DNA of 51,504 bases from Promethearchaeota archaeon (GCA_011364925.1 RDOA01000022.1:1-51504); one strand, 5' to 3'. Positions 38,306-48,131 are shown, counted from the first letter of the stretch. The notes: generated from the letters alone by a model not told the origin. Translations and numbers: made by a program.

Positions 38306-38977
38306 ATTCTTTTCGAGAGATATGATATTCTAACTCACCGGATTAATCGACATTATTTAAGAGTTATTGGAATTCTTATTCCTATTTTTACTATAATTAT
38401 CTCTGTCAGTATTTACGCAACAAACGATGCTTCTTTCAGCTTTCTAACCCACTATTTAAGCAATTTAGGAGGAGGTCCCAGTGGATCTGGCATTATCTTC
38501 AATGTCGGAATCATGATTTCAGGCGTGTTAATGATATTTTTTTTCCTTAATTTAAGCGCGTATTTACGTAGAAAAAAAGCGAACGTGTTTCTCATCTACC
38601 TTGCGTTTATCCCTAGCTTAATATCATCGATTGGGACTTTCTTTACGGGTTTTTTTCCGTACACTTCTACCCAAGTATTGCATAACCTTTCAGCGAGCAC
38701 TTTTTTCATGGGAGGATTTGCGTATTGCATTTTGTATGGATTCTGTGAATGGATAACTAAAGGAATATCTAAAAGGCAAGCTATTTCAGGATTTATTGTT
38801 GCTTTATTCTTCCTTCTTTTCATCATATTTACAGCAATAAATTATTATAATCCTGCGTTAGCTTTAGAAGAATCTCATCTTACTGAATGGTTACTCATTT
38901 GTGTTTTGATGTTTTGGGTTATTCAACACGAAGCTATTATGACTTTGGATAAGAAAAGGGCTTCAAAAAAAGATTAA
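38306..38977 (+). CDS. DUF998-like membrane protein, probable ATT start
   Basis: The track ORF from 38513 is open 69 codons further upstream, through a TM helix and the family-type HYLSNLG...IIFNVG motif, to AAGTGA-CATAGC-ATT; no in-frame ATG/GTG/TTG in the extension. Confidence 0.72.
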   Translation: MLFERYDILTHRINRHYLRVIGILIPIFTIIISVSIYATNDASFSFLTHYLSNLGGGPSGSGIIFNVGIMISGVLMIFFFLNLSAYLRRKKANVFLIYLAFIPSLISSIGTFFTGFFPYTSTQVLHNLSASTFFMGGFAYCILYGFCEWITKGISKRQAISGFIVALFFLLFIIFTAINYYNPALALEESHLTEWLLICVLMFWVIQHEAIMTLDKKRASKKD

Positions 38978-38995
38978 GATAAAAAAAAACATAGA

Positions 38996-39745
38996 TTACT
39001 TTTCTGCTTTTCCTTGCTTTTCTACGGTCTCGATAGCTTGCTTAATTGCCTCTGGATCGCCCAAATAGTAGTGCTTAATTGGTTTAAGGTTATCATCTAG
39101 TTCATATATTAAGGGGATTCCAGTAGGGATGTTCAATTTAATTATTTCTTCCTCAGATAACTCATCTAGATATTCCACGAGAGCTCGTAAACTATTACCA
39201 TGCGCAGATATTAATACTTTTTTGCCTGCTTTCACGGTTGGAGCAATCGTTTCGTGCCAATATGGTAAAAATCGTTTCACAGTATCTTTTAGACTCTCAG
39301 TTAAGGGGATATCTTTAGGATCTAAATCCTTATATCGCACATCAGTCCCGGGATATCTTGGATCTGATGTTTTAAGGGCGGGTGGAGGAACATCGTAACT
39401 TCTACGCCAAATAAGCACTTGTTCTTCCCCCACTTCAACTGCCATTTTTGCTTTAGAATATCCTTGTAGCGCACCATAATGTCGCTCGTTCAATCTCCAC
39501 GATTTAAACACCGGTATCCACATTAAATCTAATTCATCAAGTACAATCCATAGTGTCCTTATCCCCCTTTTGAGGAAAGAGGTATACGCTATGTCAAAAG
39601 TAAAGTTGTTCTCTTTCAACACTTTACCTGCCTTCTCTGCTTCTAAAATTCCTTTCTCTGAGAGATCTACATCGGTCCAGCCAGAAAATCTGTTTTCTTT
39701 ATTCCATACACTTTCTCCATGTCGGAGGAGCACTAATTTTTTCAA
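38996..39745 (-). CDS. gpmA: 2,3-bisphosphoglycerate-dependent phosphoglycerate mutase
   Basis: [47 protein letters not shown]. Confidence 0.97.
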   Translation of the reverse strand: MKKLVLLRHGESVWNKENRFSGWTDVDLSEKGILEAEKAGKVLKENNFTFDIAYTSFLKRGIRTLWIVLDELDLMWIPVFKSWRLNERHYGALQGYSKAKMAVEVGEEQVLIWRRSYDVPPPALKTSDPRYPGTDVRYKDLDPKDIPLTESLKDTVKRFLPYWHETIAPTVKAGKKVLISAHGNSLRALVEYLDELSEEEIIKLNIPTGIPLIYELDDNLKPIKHYYLGDPEAIKQAIETVEKQGKAEK

Positions 39746-39860
39746 TATTCAATACCATTAAGAAATAAATTTAGGTTTTTAAATTCCGATTAATTATAAT
39801 ATTAACTAATCAATTGGTAGTTTTAATATAAGAAGACTATGCTTTTAGGTGTTTTGAAAA

Positions 39861-40526
39861 GTGCAAAAAAAAGGTATCTTAAAGGGAGGAAACCGTAAAG
39901 AAGCAATATGGAATCGAACAAAACTTGGCGAACCATTTAAAGAAGCTCTAGATAGGTTTAGAAAAGAAGTATTACCTCGCAAGGATTTTGATCCTACTTC
40001 TCTATTACAATTTGGATTATTTATGGCTATGGCAGTAATAAATATTTTGAAGGAAACGGAAAAAAAATTAGGAAAGGAGGGTCAAGAAGTTATAAATAAC
40101 GCTTTAATTAAAACGGGGTATCAAATGGGAACCCAAATTCTTGAAAATCTTCAAGTACCTTCGGAAATTTCCGATATAGAATTGATGAGCTTTTTGGCAA
40201 CGGTTATTAATACACAAAGTTGGACATCAATTGAAGACCCGCGAATTGACAGCGATGATCAATGTTCTTTGGACATCATTTGGTGTCCGTTGCAAGATAT
40301 CTACAGTCCTTTTGATTGTCGAGTTCAAAGATATTTAGTGCAAGGAATAACTAACGCTTTTAAAGATTCTGGCTTCTTGTCTAGCGAATATCAAGTGGAA
40401 TTTAAGTCGACGATTCCAGCAGGAGCAAAAACTTGCCACTTTGTAATAACGAAGAAAAAACCGAATGAAACTGATAAATGGGAAGAGTACTCGAAAATTC
40501 TCGAGAAGAAAGCGTTAGAAAAATGA
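39861..40526 (+). CDS. V4R / ATC-hydrolase-like ligand-binding domain protein
   Basis: WCPL...DC...IPAGAKTCHF Cys pattern. Confidence 0.65.
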   Translation: MQKKGILKGGNRKEAIWNRTKLGEPFKEALDRFRKEVLPRKDFDPTSLLQFGLFMAMAVINILKETEKKLGKEGQEVINNALIKTGYQMGTQILENLQVPSEISDIELMSFLATVINTQSWTSIEDPRIDSDDQCSLDIIWCPLQDIYSPFDCRVQRYLVQGITNAFKDSGFLSSEYQVEFKSTIPAGAKTCHFVITKKKPNETDKWEEYSKILEKKALEK

Positions 40527-40636
40527 CATCTGTAGCTTGATATATATCAAGATATATAGAAATCTTATTGTCTAAACTTAAATATTTAAAATGAGTATTA
40601 AGAATTATCTGATTATCTAAGATTAACCCGTAATAA

Positions 40637-41347
40637 TTGAATAAAAGAATGAATTACAAAAGGATTTGTAAGATTTCCGTCTTGTTTTTATTAATATTTT
40701 TAATCAAGTTCCCTAGTTCTCTCTCTAACGCAACAATATTAGGCGAATCTGAATTTCCCGCTGAAAAAGATGACACATTCGTTTGGGAAACCGTAAATGC
40801 GACAGAATCATGGTATATTGATGTTGATTATGTAAGATTTACCGTTTCTGACATATATAATGAAACGTTCAACTCTCATAATTACTTATTTATGAACTAT
40901 ACTCTCGAATTTTATCATCGATATAATTGGGTTCCGAAATATGAGAACTCTTTCTATATGGCTTACAATAAGACCTTAGATTATTTAAATTGGTCCATGG
41001 AAGGCTATCGAAATGGAAATTTATTTTTATTCCCAACACCGGTAAATTACACACTAATTGGAGAAGCAGTAGAAACTTTAGGCTATTTAAACTTCTCAGT
41101 TAACGGAACAAAAATTATATTTAACAATCAAATCAACAACACGAGAATTGAGATAACCATAAATCCTTTGGGTATTGCTACAATCATCGAAAAAATTACT
41201 AACGATACTACGATTTATAGGTGGGAACTAAAAACAGAAACAATTATCGTGAAAGTTCCATTCGGGATGTATTTTATATCCATTTCGATTATATCGATCA
41301 CTATCCTCACATTTGTTAAAACAAAGAAATTGAAGAATAGAACATAG
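40637..41347 (+). CDS. Secreted, C-terminally anchored surface glycoprotein
   Basis: Signal peptide, many N-X-S/T sequons, VPFG + TM helix + basic tail. Confidence 0.8.
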   Translation: MNKRMNYKRICKISVLFLLIFLIKFPSSLSNATILGESEFPAEKDDTFVWETVNATESWYIDVDYVRFTVSDIYNETFNSHNYLFMNYTLEFYHRYNWVPKYENSFYMAYNKTLDYLNWSMEGYRNGNLFLFPTPVNYTLIGEAVETLGYLNFSVNGTKIIFNNQINNTRIEITINPLGIATIIEKITNDTTIYRWELKTETIIVKVPFGMYFISISIISITILTFVKTKKLKNRT

Positions 41348-41437
41348 CGGTATTTTTCCTTCTAAATTCCTAAAGTTTTAGATATAATCACCATTAAATT
41401 CAGTATCAAAATTTCAATTTTCAAAAGATGAAAAGGA

Positions 41438-42970
41438 TTGAGTGGAGAATATTTTTTTTGGTGGACTGAAGAACAAAAAGCTATATATAAAGACGTTCGC
41501 CAGTTTGTAGAAGATAACTACGAAGAAGCAGAAGAATACTTTTGGAACACTAAATTTCCTTGGCCATTGGTTAAAAAAGTAGCGGAAAAAGGCTACTTTG
41601 GAGCCGGAGTTCCAAAAGAATTCGGTGGATTGGAATTAGGGGCAACGGGAAGTTGTATAGTCGCGTCCCAATTGGGGAGACTCTACGCGGTAGGACACGT
41701 TTTTACCGTAAGTATGTTAGCAGGATTGGAACAAATATTAAGATTTGGAACAGAAGATCAAAAACAAGCGTGGCTTCCTAAAGTCGCAAGAGGGGAAGAA
41801 TTAGGCGCTTTATGTATTACCGAACCGTTTGCAGGATCAGACGCTGCTAATGTTTTTACATCAGCAATTAGGGATGGAGATGAGTGGATTTTAAACGGAA
41901 AAAAACGATTTATCACGGGAGCTGGTGTGTCCGATAGGTACTTTATATACGCTAAAACGAGCGATGATAAAGCCACTAGAAAACAATATGGACATATAAC
42001 CGCTTTCATGGTTGAAAAAGGTCGACCAGGATTTAGTTTAGAAAAAGTTAATCCCTTAATTGGCTTTGATAACGTCCCAAATGGATACATTGACTTTGAT
42101 CACGTAAGAATCCCGGATAGTAATCGAATTGGTGCCGTTGGTAACGGTTGGAATGTTATGATGGCAGGATTAAACTTTGAGCGTTTAATCGGGGCGGCTG
42201 TGTTTAGTGGGTTGTTTGAAGATCTTATTAAGTTATTGTTCAATTTTACAAAAAGGCGAGTTCAATTCAATAGAACAACTAATCAATTTCCAGGAATCCA
42301 AGATGGAATTGCTGAAATTATTTCCAAAGCAAAAGTATCAAGTCTGTATTCTTACCACTGCGCCAAATTACTGGACGATGGTAAAGAACCGATGGTAGAA
42401 GCTTCTATAGCTAAGATGATCAACACAGAATACGCAAGAGAAATAGCGATTAAAGCCATCCAAATCTTAGGGGGAGACGGTTTAACCAAATTTTTACCGG
42501 TTGAACGATATTTACGCGAGGCTAAAATTGGAGAAATAGTAGCAGGAACTAACGAAGTACAAAAAATGATCATTTATCGTTTTTGTGCTATGCTTCCTTC
42601 CTATACCCAAGATATCAGGTTAAGATGGAACGAGAAAGTAAACGCGCCCGTGATTTCAAATCGTGAGTCTGAATTCAAGGGACTAGATGTAACCGAAGAA
42701 AATGTGTTGAAAGTAATCGCCCACGATTATAAAGTAAATCCTGGTTTGTATATGACTCCCGATGATGTGCGTGAGGACATCGGGGGCGGTAGATCGGAAC
42801 TAAGGAAGATTTTCGAACAATTAGAAGAACAAGGATTAATTGTAACTCATAGAGATCGTTCAGAAAAAATAGTTTTAGTTAAGGCTACCTACGAGGGATT
42901 ACAGAAATCGTTTCCCAAAGAATATTACCAATGGTTTCCGGATTGGTACGACGATGCGGATAAGTTTTAG
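41438..42970 (+). CDS. Acyl-CoA dehydrogenase with C-terminal winged-helix domain
   Basis: CITEPFAGSD, LNGKKRFIT, LNFERL, RRVQF, QILGGDG, GTNEVQK; about 120 aa C-terminal extension. Confidence 0.92.
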   Translation: MSGEYFFWWTEEQKAIYKDVRQFVEDNYEEAEEYFWNTKFPWPLVKKVAEKGYFGAGVPKEFGGLELGATGSCIVASQLGRLYAVGHVFTVSMLAGLEQILRFGTEDQKQAWLPKVARGEELGALCITEPFAGSDAANVFTSAIRDGDEWILNGKKRFITGAGVSDRYFIYAKTSDDKATRKQYGHITAFMVEKGRPGFSLEKVNPLIGFDNVPNGYIDFDHVRIPDSNRIGAVGNGWNVMMAGLNFERLIGAAVFSGLFEDLIKLLFNFTKRRVQFNRTTNQFPGIQDGIAEIISKAKVSSLYSYHCAKLLDDGKEPMVEASIAKMINTEYAREIAIKAIQILGGDGLTKFLPVERYLREAKIGEIVAGTNEVQKMIIYRFCAMLPSYTQDIRLRWNEKVNAPVISNRESEFKGLDVTEENVLKVIAHDYKVNPGLYMTPDDVREDIGGGRSELRKIFEQLEEQGLIVTHRDRSEKIVLVKATYEGLQKSFPKEYYQWFPDWYDDADKF

Positions 42971-42990
42971 AACCAATTTTTTTTCATTAT

Positions 42991-43341
42991 TTATTCTTCA
43001 ATTTTAAAATCATTAATTAAACTAACATTATTATTTACATCTATAGCAACGGCTAACAACTTAATTTCTTCTTCGTCTTCAAATTCTGGATCGATCATCA
43101 CAAAATAAAAGACTTCATCGCTTGCATTGTATCCCATCTCTAATTCTCCGCAATTCTCTGGTAAGATATTTAAAATATCTTCAGAAGCGTGTTTTTTCAC
43201 GATTTCAAATATTGCGTTTTCAATATTGGATTGTTCTTTTCGAATCTCCTTTATTTTTGAGAAATCAAATTGTCCCATTGATTCTCCCGCTTTTGTATTT
43301 AACTCGTCCCATTCCTTAAAGAGATCGCTTATTTCTGACAT
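42991..43341 (-). CDS. Hypothetical acidic protein
   Basis: ORF with helical N-terminal half and beta-rich C-terminal half. Confidence 0.7.
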   Translation of the reverse strand: MSEISDLFKEWDELNTKAGESMGQFDFSKIKEIRKEQSNIENAIFEIVKKHASEDILNILPENCGELEMGYNASDEVFYFVMIDPEFEDEEEIKLLAVAIDVNNNVSLINDFKIEE

Positions 43342-43437
43342 AGCTAGTCTATTACTCAGACTCAAAATAAATGTTTTTATTATCCTAAAAATAATAGAAC
43401 ATTCTATTCAATATTTATAAAAAGAAAAGATGTACTT

Positions 43438-43707
43438 CTACAGTCTAATAATCCAAATTAAGAGAATAAAGAATCCAAAAAATGCTGCCACGAAAAATAT
43501 TGGTACTATTGCCATCCAAGGCGAAAAGGGGCCAGATTTAGTGTCTTTTACTTGCTTCTGCTCTAGCCGTGCAATTTTTTGTTCTAGCTCTTCAATTTTA
43601 ACATCTTTATCTTCGGAATCTGATTTTTCCTCAAATTGAAATCCGCAATATGAACAATAACTTGATACAGAATCTCTTTTAGCGCCACAATTTTGACAAT
43701 AAAGCAT
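43438..43707 (-). CDS. Zinc-ribbon + coiled-coil + C-terminal TM protein
   Basis: CQNCG...CSYCG, KIEELEQKIARLEQ, hydrophobic tail. Confidence 0.85.
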   Translation of the reverse strand: MLYCQNCGAKRDSVSSYCSYCGFQFEEKSDSEDKDVKIEELEQKIARLEQKQVKDTKSGPFSPWMAIVPIFFVAAFFGFFILLIWIIRL

Positions 43708-43792
43708 AATATCCCCTAAAACAATTCTTTAAGAATGAATTTAATTTTGATTAAATTAATTATAATTATAATACGAGAAGGTTTTTTTAAAT

Positions 43793-44734
43793 ATGCTGAA
43801 ATTAAGTTCTAACAATATGAAGACTCCTTTAGCTCATACTTACTCAATCGTCGCAAAAGATCCTAAAACGGGTGAGATGGGCGTCGGAGTACAAAGTCAT
43901 TATTTTTCTGTAGGTAGTATTGTGTCTTGGGGTGAATCGGGAGTGGGAGTCGTAGCTACTCAATCTCTCGTTAATGTATCTTTCGGAATAAAGGGACTTG
44001 AGTTACTAAAACAAGGAAAATCGCCTAGAGAAGCCTTAGATATCCTCCTCGCCGCTGACGAAGGAAGAGAAGTAAGACAAGTAGCAATTTTAGACGTTCA
44101 AGGAAGGGTTGCTACTCATACCGGGTCAAAATGCATTAAACACGCAGGACACATCGAAGGAAATAATTATTCGGTACAAGCAAACATGATGCTCACTGAT
44201 AAAGTATGGCCTACGATGTCAAAAACTTTTGAGTCCCACAAGGATCTTCCCCTCCCGGAACGAATTATCAAGACTCTAGCATCTGCCGAATCCGTTGGAG
44301 GCGATATTAGAGGAAAACAATCGGCTGCAATTTTAATCGTTGGCGGAAAGAAAGTTGAAAACAAATGGGAAGACAAACTAATTGATTTAAGAGTGGAAGA
44401 TCACGAGCAACCCGTGGAAGAACTTGCAAGAGTACTTAGGCTTTATAGGGCTTACAAGCACATGGATGAAGGTGATATGGCTATGGAACATAGCGAAATG
44501 AAAGCGGCACTCAGAGAATACGACACTGCTCTTAATATGTTTCCAAAGAATCTTGAAATGAAATTTTGGACAGCTGTAACTTTGGCAAATAATCAAAATA
44601 TTGAAAGAGCAATTGAACTATTCAAGGAAGTATTTAGAGTAGATAATAATTGGCGATTGTTGGCAGAAAGATTGCCTGAAAGTGACCTATTAAACGTTTC
44701 TAAAGAAGAACTCGATAAAATTCTCTCTCTCTAA
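43793..44734 (+). CDS. DUF1028 (Ntn-hydrolase-like) protein with C-terminal TPR
   Basis: TYSIVAKD, GVGVVATQ, GGDIRGKQSAA, DLRVEDH; TPR-like helices follow. Confidence 0.9.
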   Translation: MLKLSSNNMKTPLAHTYSIVAKDPKTGEMGVGVQSHYFSVGSIVSWGESGVGVVATQSLVNVSFGIKGLELLKQGKSPREALDILLAADEGREVRQVAILDVQGRVATHTGSKCIKHAGHIEGNNYSVQANMMLTDKVWPTMSKTFESHKDLPLPERIIKTLASAESVGGDIRGKQSAAILIVGGKKVENKWEDKLIDLRVEDHEQPVEELARVLRLYRAYKHMDEGDMAMEHSEMKAALREYDTALNMFPKNLEMKFWTAVTLANNQNIERAIELFKEVFRVDNNWRLLAERLPESDLLNVSKEELDKILSL

Positions 44735-44753
44735 TTCTCTCTTTTTTTCTTAA

Positions 44754-45245
44754 CTATTGAAATTGGTTTAAATAATCGACTTTGGTAATTAGAAAAAACA
44801 TGACTTTTGAATCTTTCCCCTCATGAAAAAAATCACCCATATACTTCATTCCAGACCTCTCAGCAACTTTCCACCCTCGCACATTTCCTTGTTCTACATA
44901 AGCTACGATCTTTACGAAATCATCGTTTTGAAATATGTGATCAAAAACTTTCCTTAAAGCCTCAATTGCGTAACCATTCCCGGTATATCTTGGAAATAGC
45001 GTATAAAAGCACTCAATTGTTTTGTCCATTTCGTAGATCCGTAGAAATATATAACCAATGATTTGATGAGACTCTCGTAATTGTAGCAAAAAGCAATAAA
45101 CATCTCGTTCCTTATAATAACTAAATATAGGATACTCTTCTTCGGGGAAAGTGTCATTTACTTTATTAATTAGTAATTCGTAATCTTCTTGTGTCAATTG
45201 ACGAATGTATAATCTTTTTGTTTCTAACGGCTCAGTAAGTTTCAT
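44754..45245 (-). CDS. GNAT N-acetyltransferase (RimJ/RimL-like)
   Basis: LETKRLYIR, YTGNGYAIEAL, NVRGWKVAERSGM. Confidence 0.9.
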   Translation of the reverse strand: MKLTEPLETKRLYIRQLTQEDYELLINKVNDTFPEEEYPIFSYYKERDVYCFLLQLRESHQIIGYIFLRIYEMDKTIECFYTLFPRYTGNGYAIEALRKVFDHIFQNDDFVKIVAYVEQGNVRGWKVAERSGMKYMGDFFHEGKDSKVMFFLITKVDYLNQFQ

Positions 45246-45322
45246 TGATAAAAGAATCCTAAAGGATACTATCTTTTTTACTTGTTAAGAATAAGAAAAG
45301 TAAAGAAAAATAATAAATATAA

Positions 45323-45709
45323 TTAATTAGCAAGTAATTTTACGCTTTTTAACAGCTGTTGTGGTCTAATTCCGTAGAGAAACGCCGAATGAAGCATCTT
45401 TACTTCTTTTTTTATGTATCCATTGTTTTTTTCTCGCGTTTTGTAAAATCTCGCAATCTCTTTTAATTTCGAATTAGTAACATCCTTTGAATTACTCAAT
45501 TGCGAAAAATAACCTCCAAACGCAGTAAACATGTTATGCATTAGCTCAATCTCAATATCTGAAAACGATCTTGAGCAATTTTTACAGATTACTCCGTAAG
45601 AAGTCCCCATTTTTTTTATGGTAATTTCTGGATTTGCGTTGTTGTGACAAATTCTGCATTTTACAAAGTTAAAACTCTTCTTCTCTTTTACAAGCTCAGG
45701 AGTTATCAT
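45323..45709 (-). CDS. Zinc-finger (CxxC...CxxC) hypothetical protein
   Basis: CRIC...CKNC; 10 nt downstream of 45720..46880. Confidence 0.75.
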   Translation of the reverse strand: MITPELVKEKKSFNFVKCRICHNNANPEITIKKMGTSYGVICKNCSRSFSDIEIELMHNMFTAFGGYFSQLSNSKDVTNSKLKEIARFYKTREKNNGYIKKEVKMLHSAFLYGIRPQQLLKSVKLLAN

Positions 45710-45719
45710 GAAGTCCAGA

Positions 45720-46880
45720 TCAGTCTAGAGTATTTAAACAAAAATTATGCTCAAGATCATCTAATTTTTTTAATAACCAATTTTTAAATTCTTTAAAATC
45801 CTTAATAGAGGGTATTGGCTCGACGGCTTTGTTAGTTTTTTCTTTTGTTATCTCTGAATTTCTTTGAGAACGATTTTTTGTAGGACTAATCTCTTTTTTA
45901 ATGCTAAAGGGTTTTACAGAGGAAATTCCCAACTTATCGAAAATGTCCTGAAAATCAGATTGATCGTTTTCATCTAAGTGAGAATTTTCGTTTAATTTTT
46001 GTATCCAAGTCGCAATAAAGTCTTGAGAAATCCCTTTTTTCCAATGATGGTTCCTTAAGTAATTATATAACTTGTTTGGATAATAAAGCTGGTCAAGCTC
46101 TAAATGAGCAGGATTGACTTTTTCTGCCCTATAATCGTGAAGTAGCTGAATAAATTTCTGTCCGATTTTTCGATTAGTCTTCAAAATAAATTCGTATTCC
46201 TCAGAAAAGTCCTTAATCGGAACCGTATTCTTTTCCTTTACTTCCGCTTTTGGCCTTTTAACTTCAGGAATTTGAACATTGAAATATTGCTGCGTAAAGG
46301 ATAAAATTTTGTCCCAATATATCTGGTCGTATTCACGCATAAGGGTAGGAATTTTATCAGGATTGTTGTAATTGTTAATTTCAGTAAAAATCTTGCTTGC
46401 TAACCTCTTGATTTTGGAAACCTCATCCAATAGAACTTGCTCGTTTTGGGAAATCTGAAAAAGGTATTGTTCAAACTTGAGGTTTTCTCTTTCTGATTGA
46501 TAATTAAGGAATATCCGATTTTTTTTATTATAGAAAATGTATTTATTACTGTTCGCTAAATGTTCTACACTATCAGAGGTGTTGATAATGCAGCGAATGT
46601 TTTGGTATTCCATAATTTTCTCTAGATCTTCTGCACATACATTTAAAAGGAAATAAAGGGTTGGTTGTTGCGAGTATGAATTGGTCGATTCAAACTCAAT
46701 TATGTCGTGGATATTACTTAAACCGGTAGAATCAATATCTACTATATCATGACCAACAGTAAAACAATCTAAAGAATGAAGGTGTTTTACATCAACATAT
46801 GGGAATATAACCAGATTTTTCTGCTTAAAAAATAAAATGTCGAAAAACTCCGGGGTTATAAAATCGTATCCGGTGTCCAT
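45720..46880 (-). CDS. Hypothetical protein in the mglBA-like operon
   Basis: 386-aa ORF, 27 nt downstream of the GTPase gene. Confidence 0.8.
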   Translation of the reverse strand: MDTGYDFITPEFFDILFFKQKNLVIFPYVDVKHLHSLDCFTVGHDIVDIDSTGLSNIHDIIEFESTNSYSQQPTLYFLLNVCAEDLEKIMEYQNIRCIINTSDSVEHLANSNKYIFYNKKNRIFLNYQSERENLKFEQYLFQISQNEQVLLDEVSKIKRLASKIFTEINNYNNPDKIPTLMREYDQIYWDKILSFTQQYFNVQIPEVKRPKAEVKEKNTVPIKDFSEEYEFILKTNRKIGQKFIQLLHDYRAEKVNPAHLELDQLYYPNKLYNYLRNHHWKKGISQDFIATWIQKLNENSHLDENDQSDFQDIFDKLGISSVKPFSIKKEISPTKNRSQRNSEITKEKTNKAVEPIPSIKDFKEFKNWLLKKLDDLEHNFCLNTLD

Positions 46881-46907
46881 AATGTTCTCAAACTTCCGAT
46901 TTCGATT

Positions 46908-47573
46908 TTATCCTCTAAAATAATTGAAAATGATTTGAATCATTAAATCTTCGAAACACTCCCTAACTGAATCTCCCTCTAATGCGACTGTTGGATATAC
47001 CACGAGCGTTTTATCAGCGTATTCTTCCGCTTGAGGCAACCCGAGCTCTTTTTTAAATCTTTCAAGAGGGATTGCCGAATCAATATCTCTTTTATTTAGC
47101 TGGATCACATATGGAATGTTCTTATCTTGTGTAAAGCTGATTAATTCTCGAAAACTTCGCTTGTTTTGTTCCATTTTTTCTGGATCGGAATCGGCTACAA
47201 ATACAACGCCATCAGCTCCATCAAGAACATACTCTCTCGTTGACAAAAAGCGCTCCTGTCCTGTAGCTGTAACAATCTGGGTTATTATATTGAATTTAAT
47301 ATCTTTAAGGTTCAGATAAAAAGACAACCTAACTGAATCTTGCCACAAAGTTCGTCCGTCAGTTGTTTCAATGGAATAACCTGAATTTAATTTTACCCCG
47401 CTAAACTTCTCTCTAAGGCGATAGTAATTGGTGGTTTTACCTGATTCTCCGGGACCCCAATAAACGACCTTAAACTGTAACACCTCTTTGAGTATGTTCG
47501 TGCTCGAATCATTACTCAGAACTGCCTCTTCTTCCTTTTTATCTTTTGAATTAACTATCAAGTTTTCATCCAC
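46908..47573 (-). CDS. MglA-like small GTPase
   Basis: KVVYWGPGESGKTTN, GRTL (Arg finger position), TATGQ (MglA has TVPGQ), GADGVVFVADS, QLNKRD. Confidence 0.92.
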   Translation of the reverse strand: MDENLIVNSKDKKEEEAVLSNDSSTNILKEVLQFKVVYWGPGESGKTTNYYRLREKFSGVKLNSGYSIETTDGRTLWQDSVRLSFYLNLKDIKFNIITQIVTATGQERFLSTREYVLDGADGVVFVADSDPEKMEQNKRSFRELISFTQDKNIPYVIQLNKRDIDSAIPLERFKKELGLPQAEEYADKTLVVYPTVALEGDSVRECFEDLMIQIIFNYFRG

Positions 47574-47585
47574 CTCGAGTGAATA

Positions 47586-48131
47586 TTAAGTCGATTCAAA
47601 TACTTTCTTCTTGAGATCTTTTAGGTGGTCTTTGAGTTCCTGTTCGGACATCTGTAGTTTATTCATAATCTCCTGACTCTTTGTGATTTCCTGCTTTAAC
47701 TTAATTGAAAACTTTTTCATCTGAAGAATTAAAACGCCAATATTAACCATATTGTCTACAAGCAGTACAACTAATATCTCCCTTTTGCCTTTCTTAACAA
47801 GCACGATATCGCCTATGGATTTTACATAAAGTTGTAAGTCTTTAAAGATCAAAGTAGCGCGGACTAACGCGTCAGAATCGAAAAAATCTTGCGCTTGGCG
47901 AGCGACTCCGTATAATGCCGCACCGATTGAGCTCAGATCCCAGTAATTTAACTTTCGATCAAACCGGGAATCTATTGCTATTATTTTAGCGTCTTGATCT
48001 ATTGCTATCAAGCCATAGATATATCCTTTCCTAGTTAACATTCCGTAATTGTAGCGTATCTCGTCGAGAACATTAGAGATTTTGTTCTCGTAAAGCGCTT
48101 TTGGTACATATAACGTCATATTTTCTTTCAT
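47586..48131 (-). CDS. Roadblock/LC7 (MglB-like) protein
   Basis: GLIAIDQDAKIIA...LSSIGAALYGVARQ...ILVVLLVDNMVNIGVLILQMKK roadblock pattern; 12 nt upstream of the MglA-like gene. Confidence 0.82.
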   Translation of the reverse strand: MKENMTLYVPKALYENKISNVLDEIRYNYGMLTRKGYIYGLIAIDQDAKIIAIDSRFDRKLNYWDLSSIGAALYGVARQAQDFFDSDALVRATLIFKDLQLYVKSIGDIVLVKKGKREILVVLLVDNMVNIGVLILQMKKFSIKLKQEITKSQEIMNKLQMSEQELKDHLKDLKKKVFEST

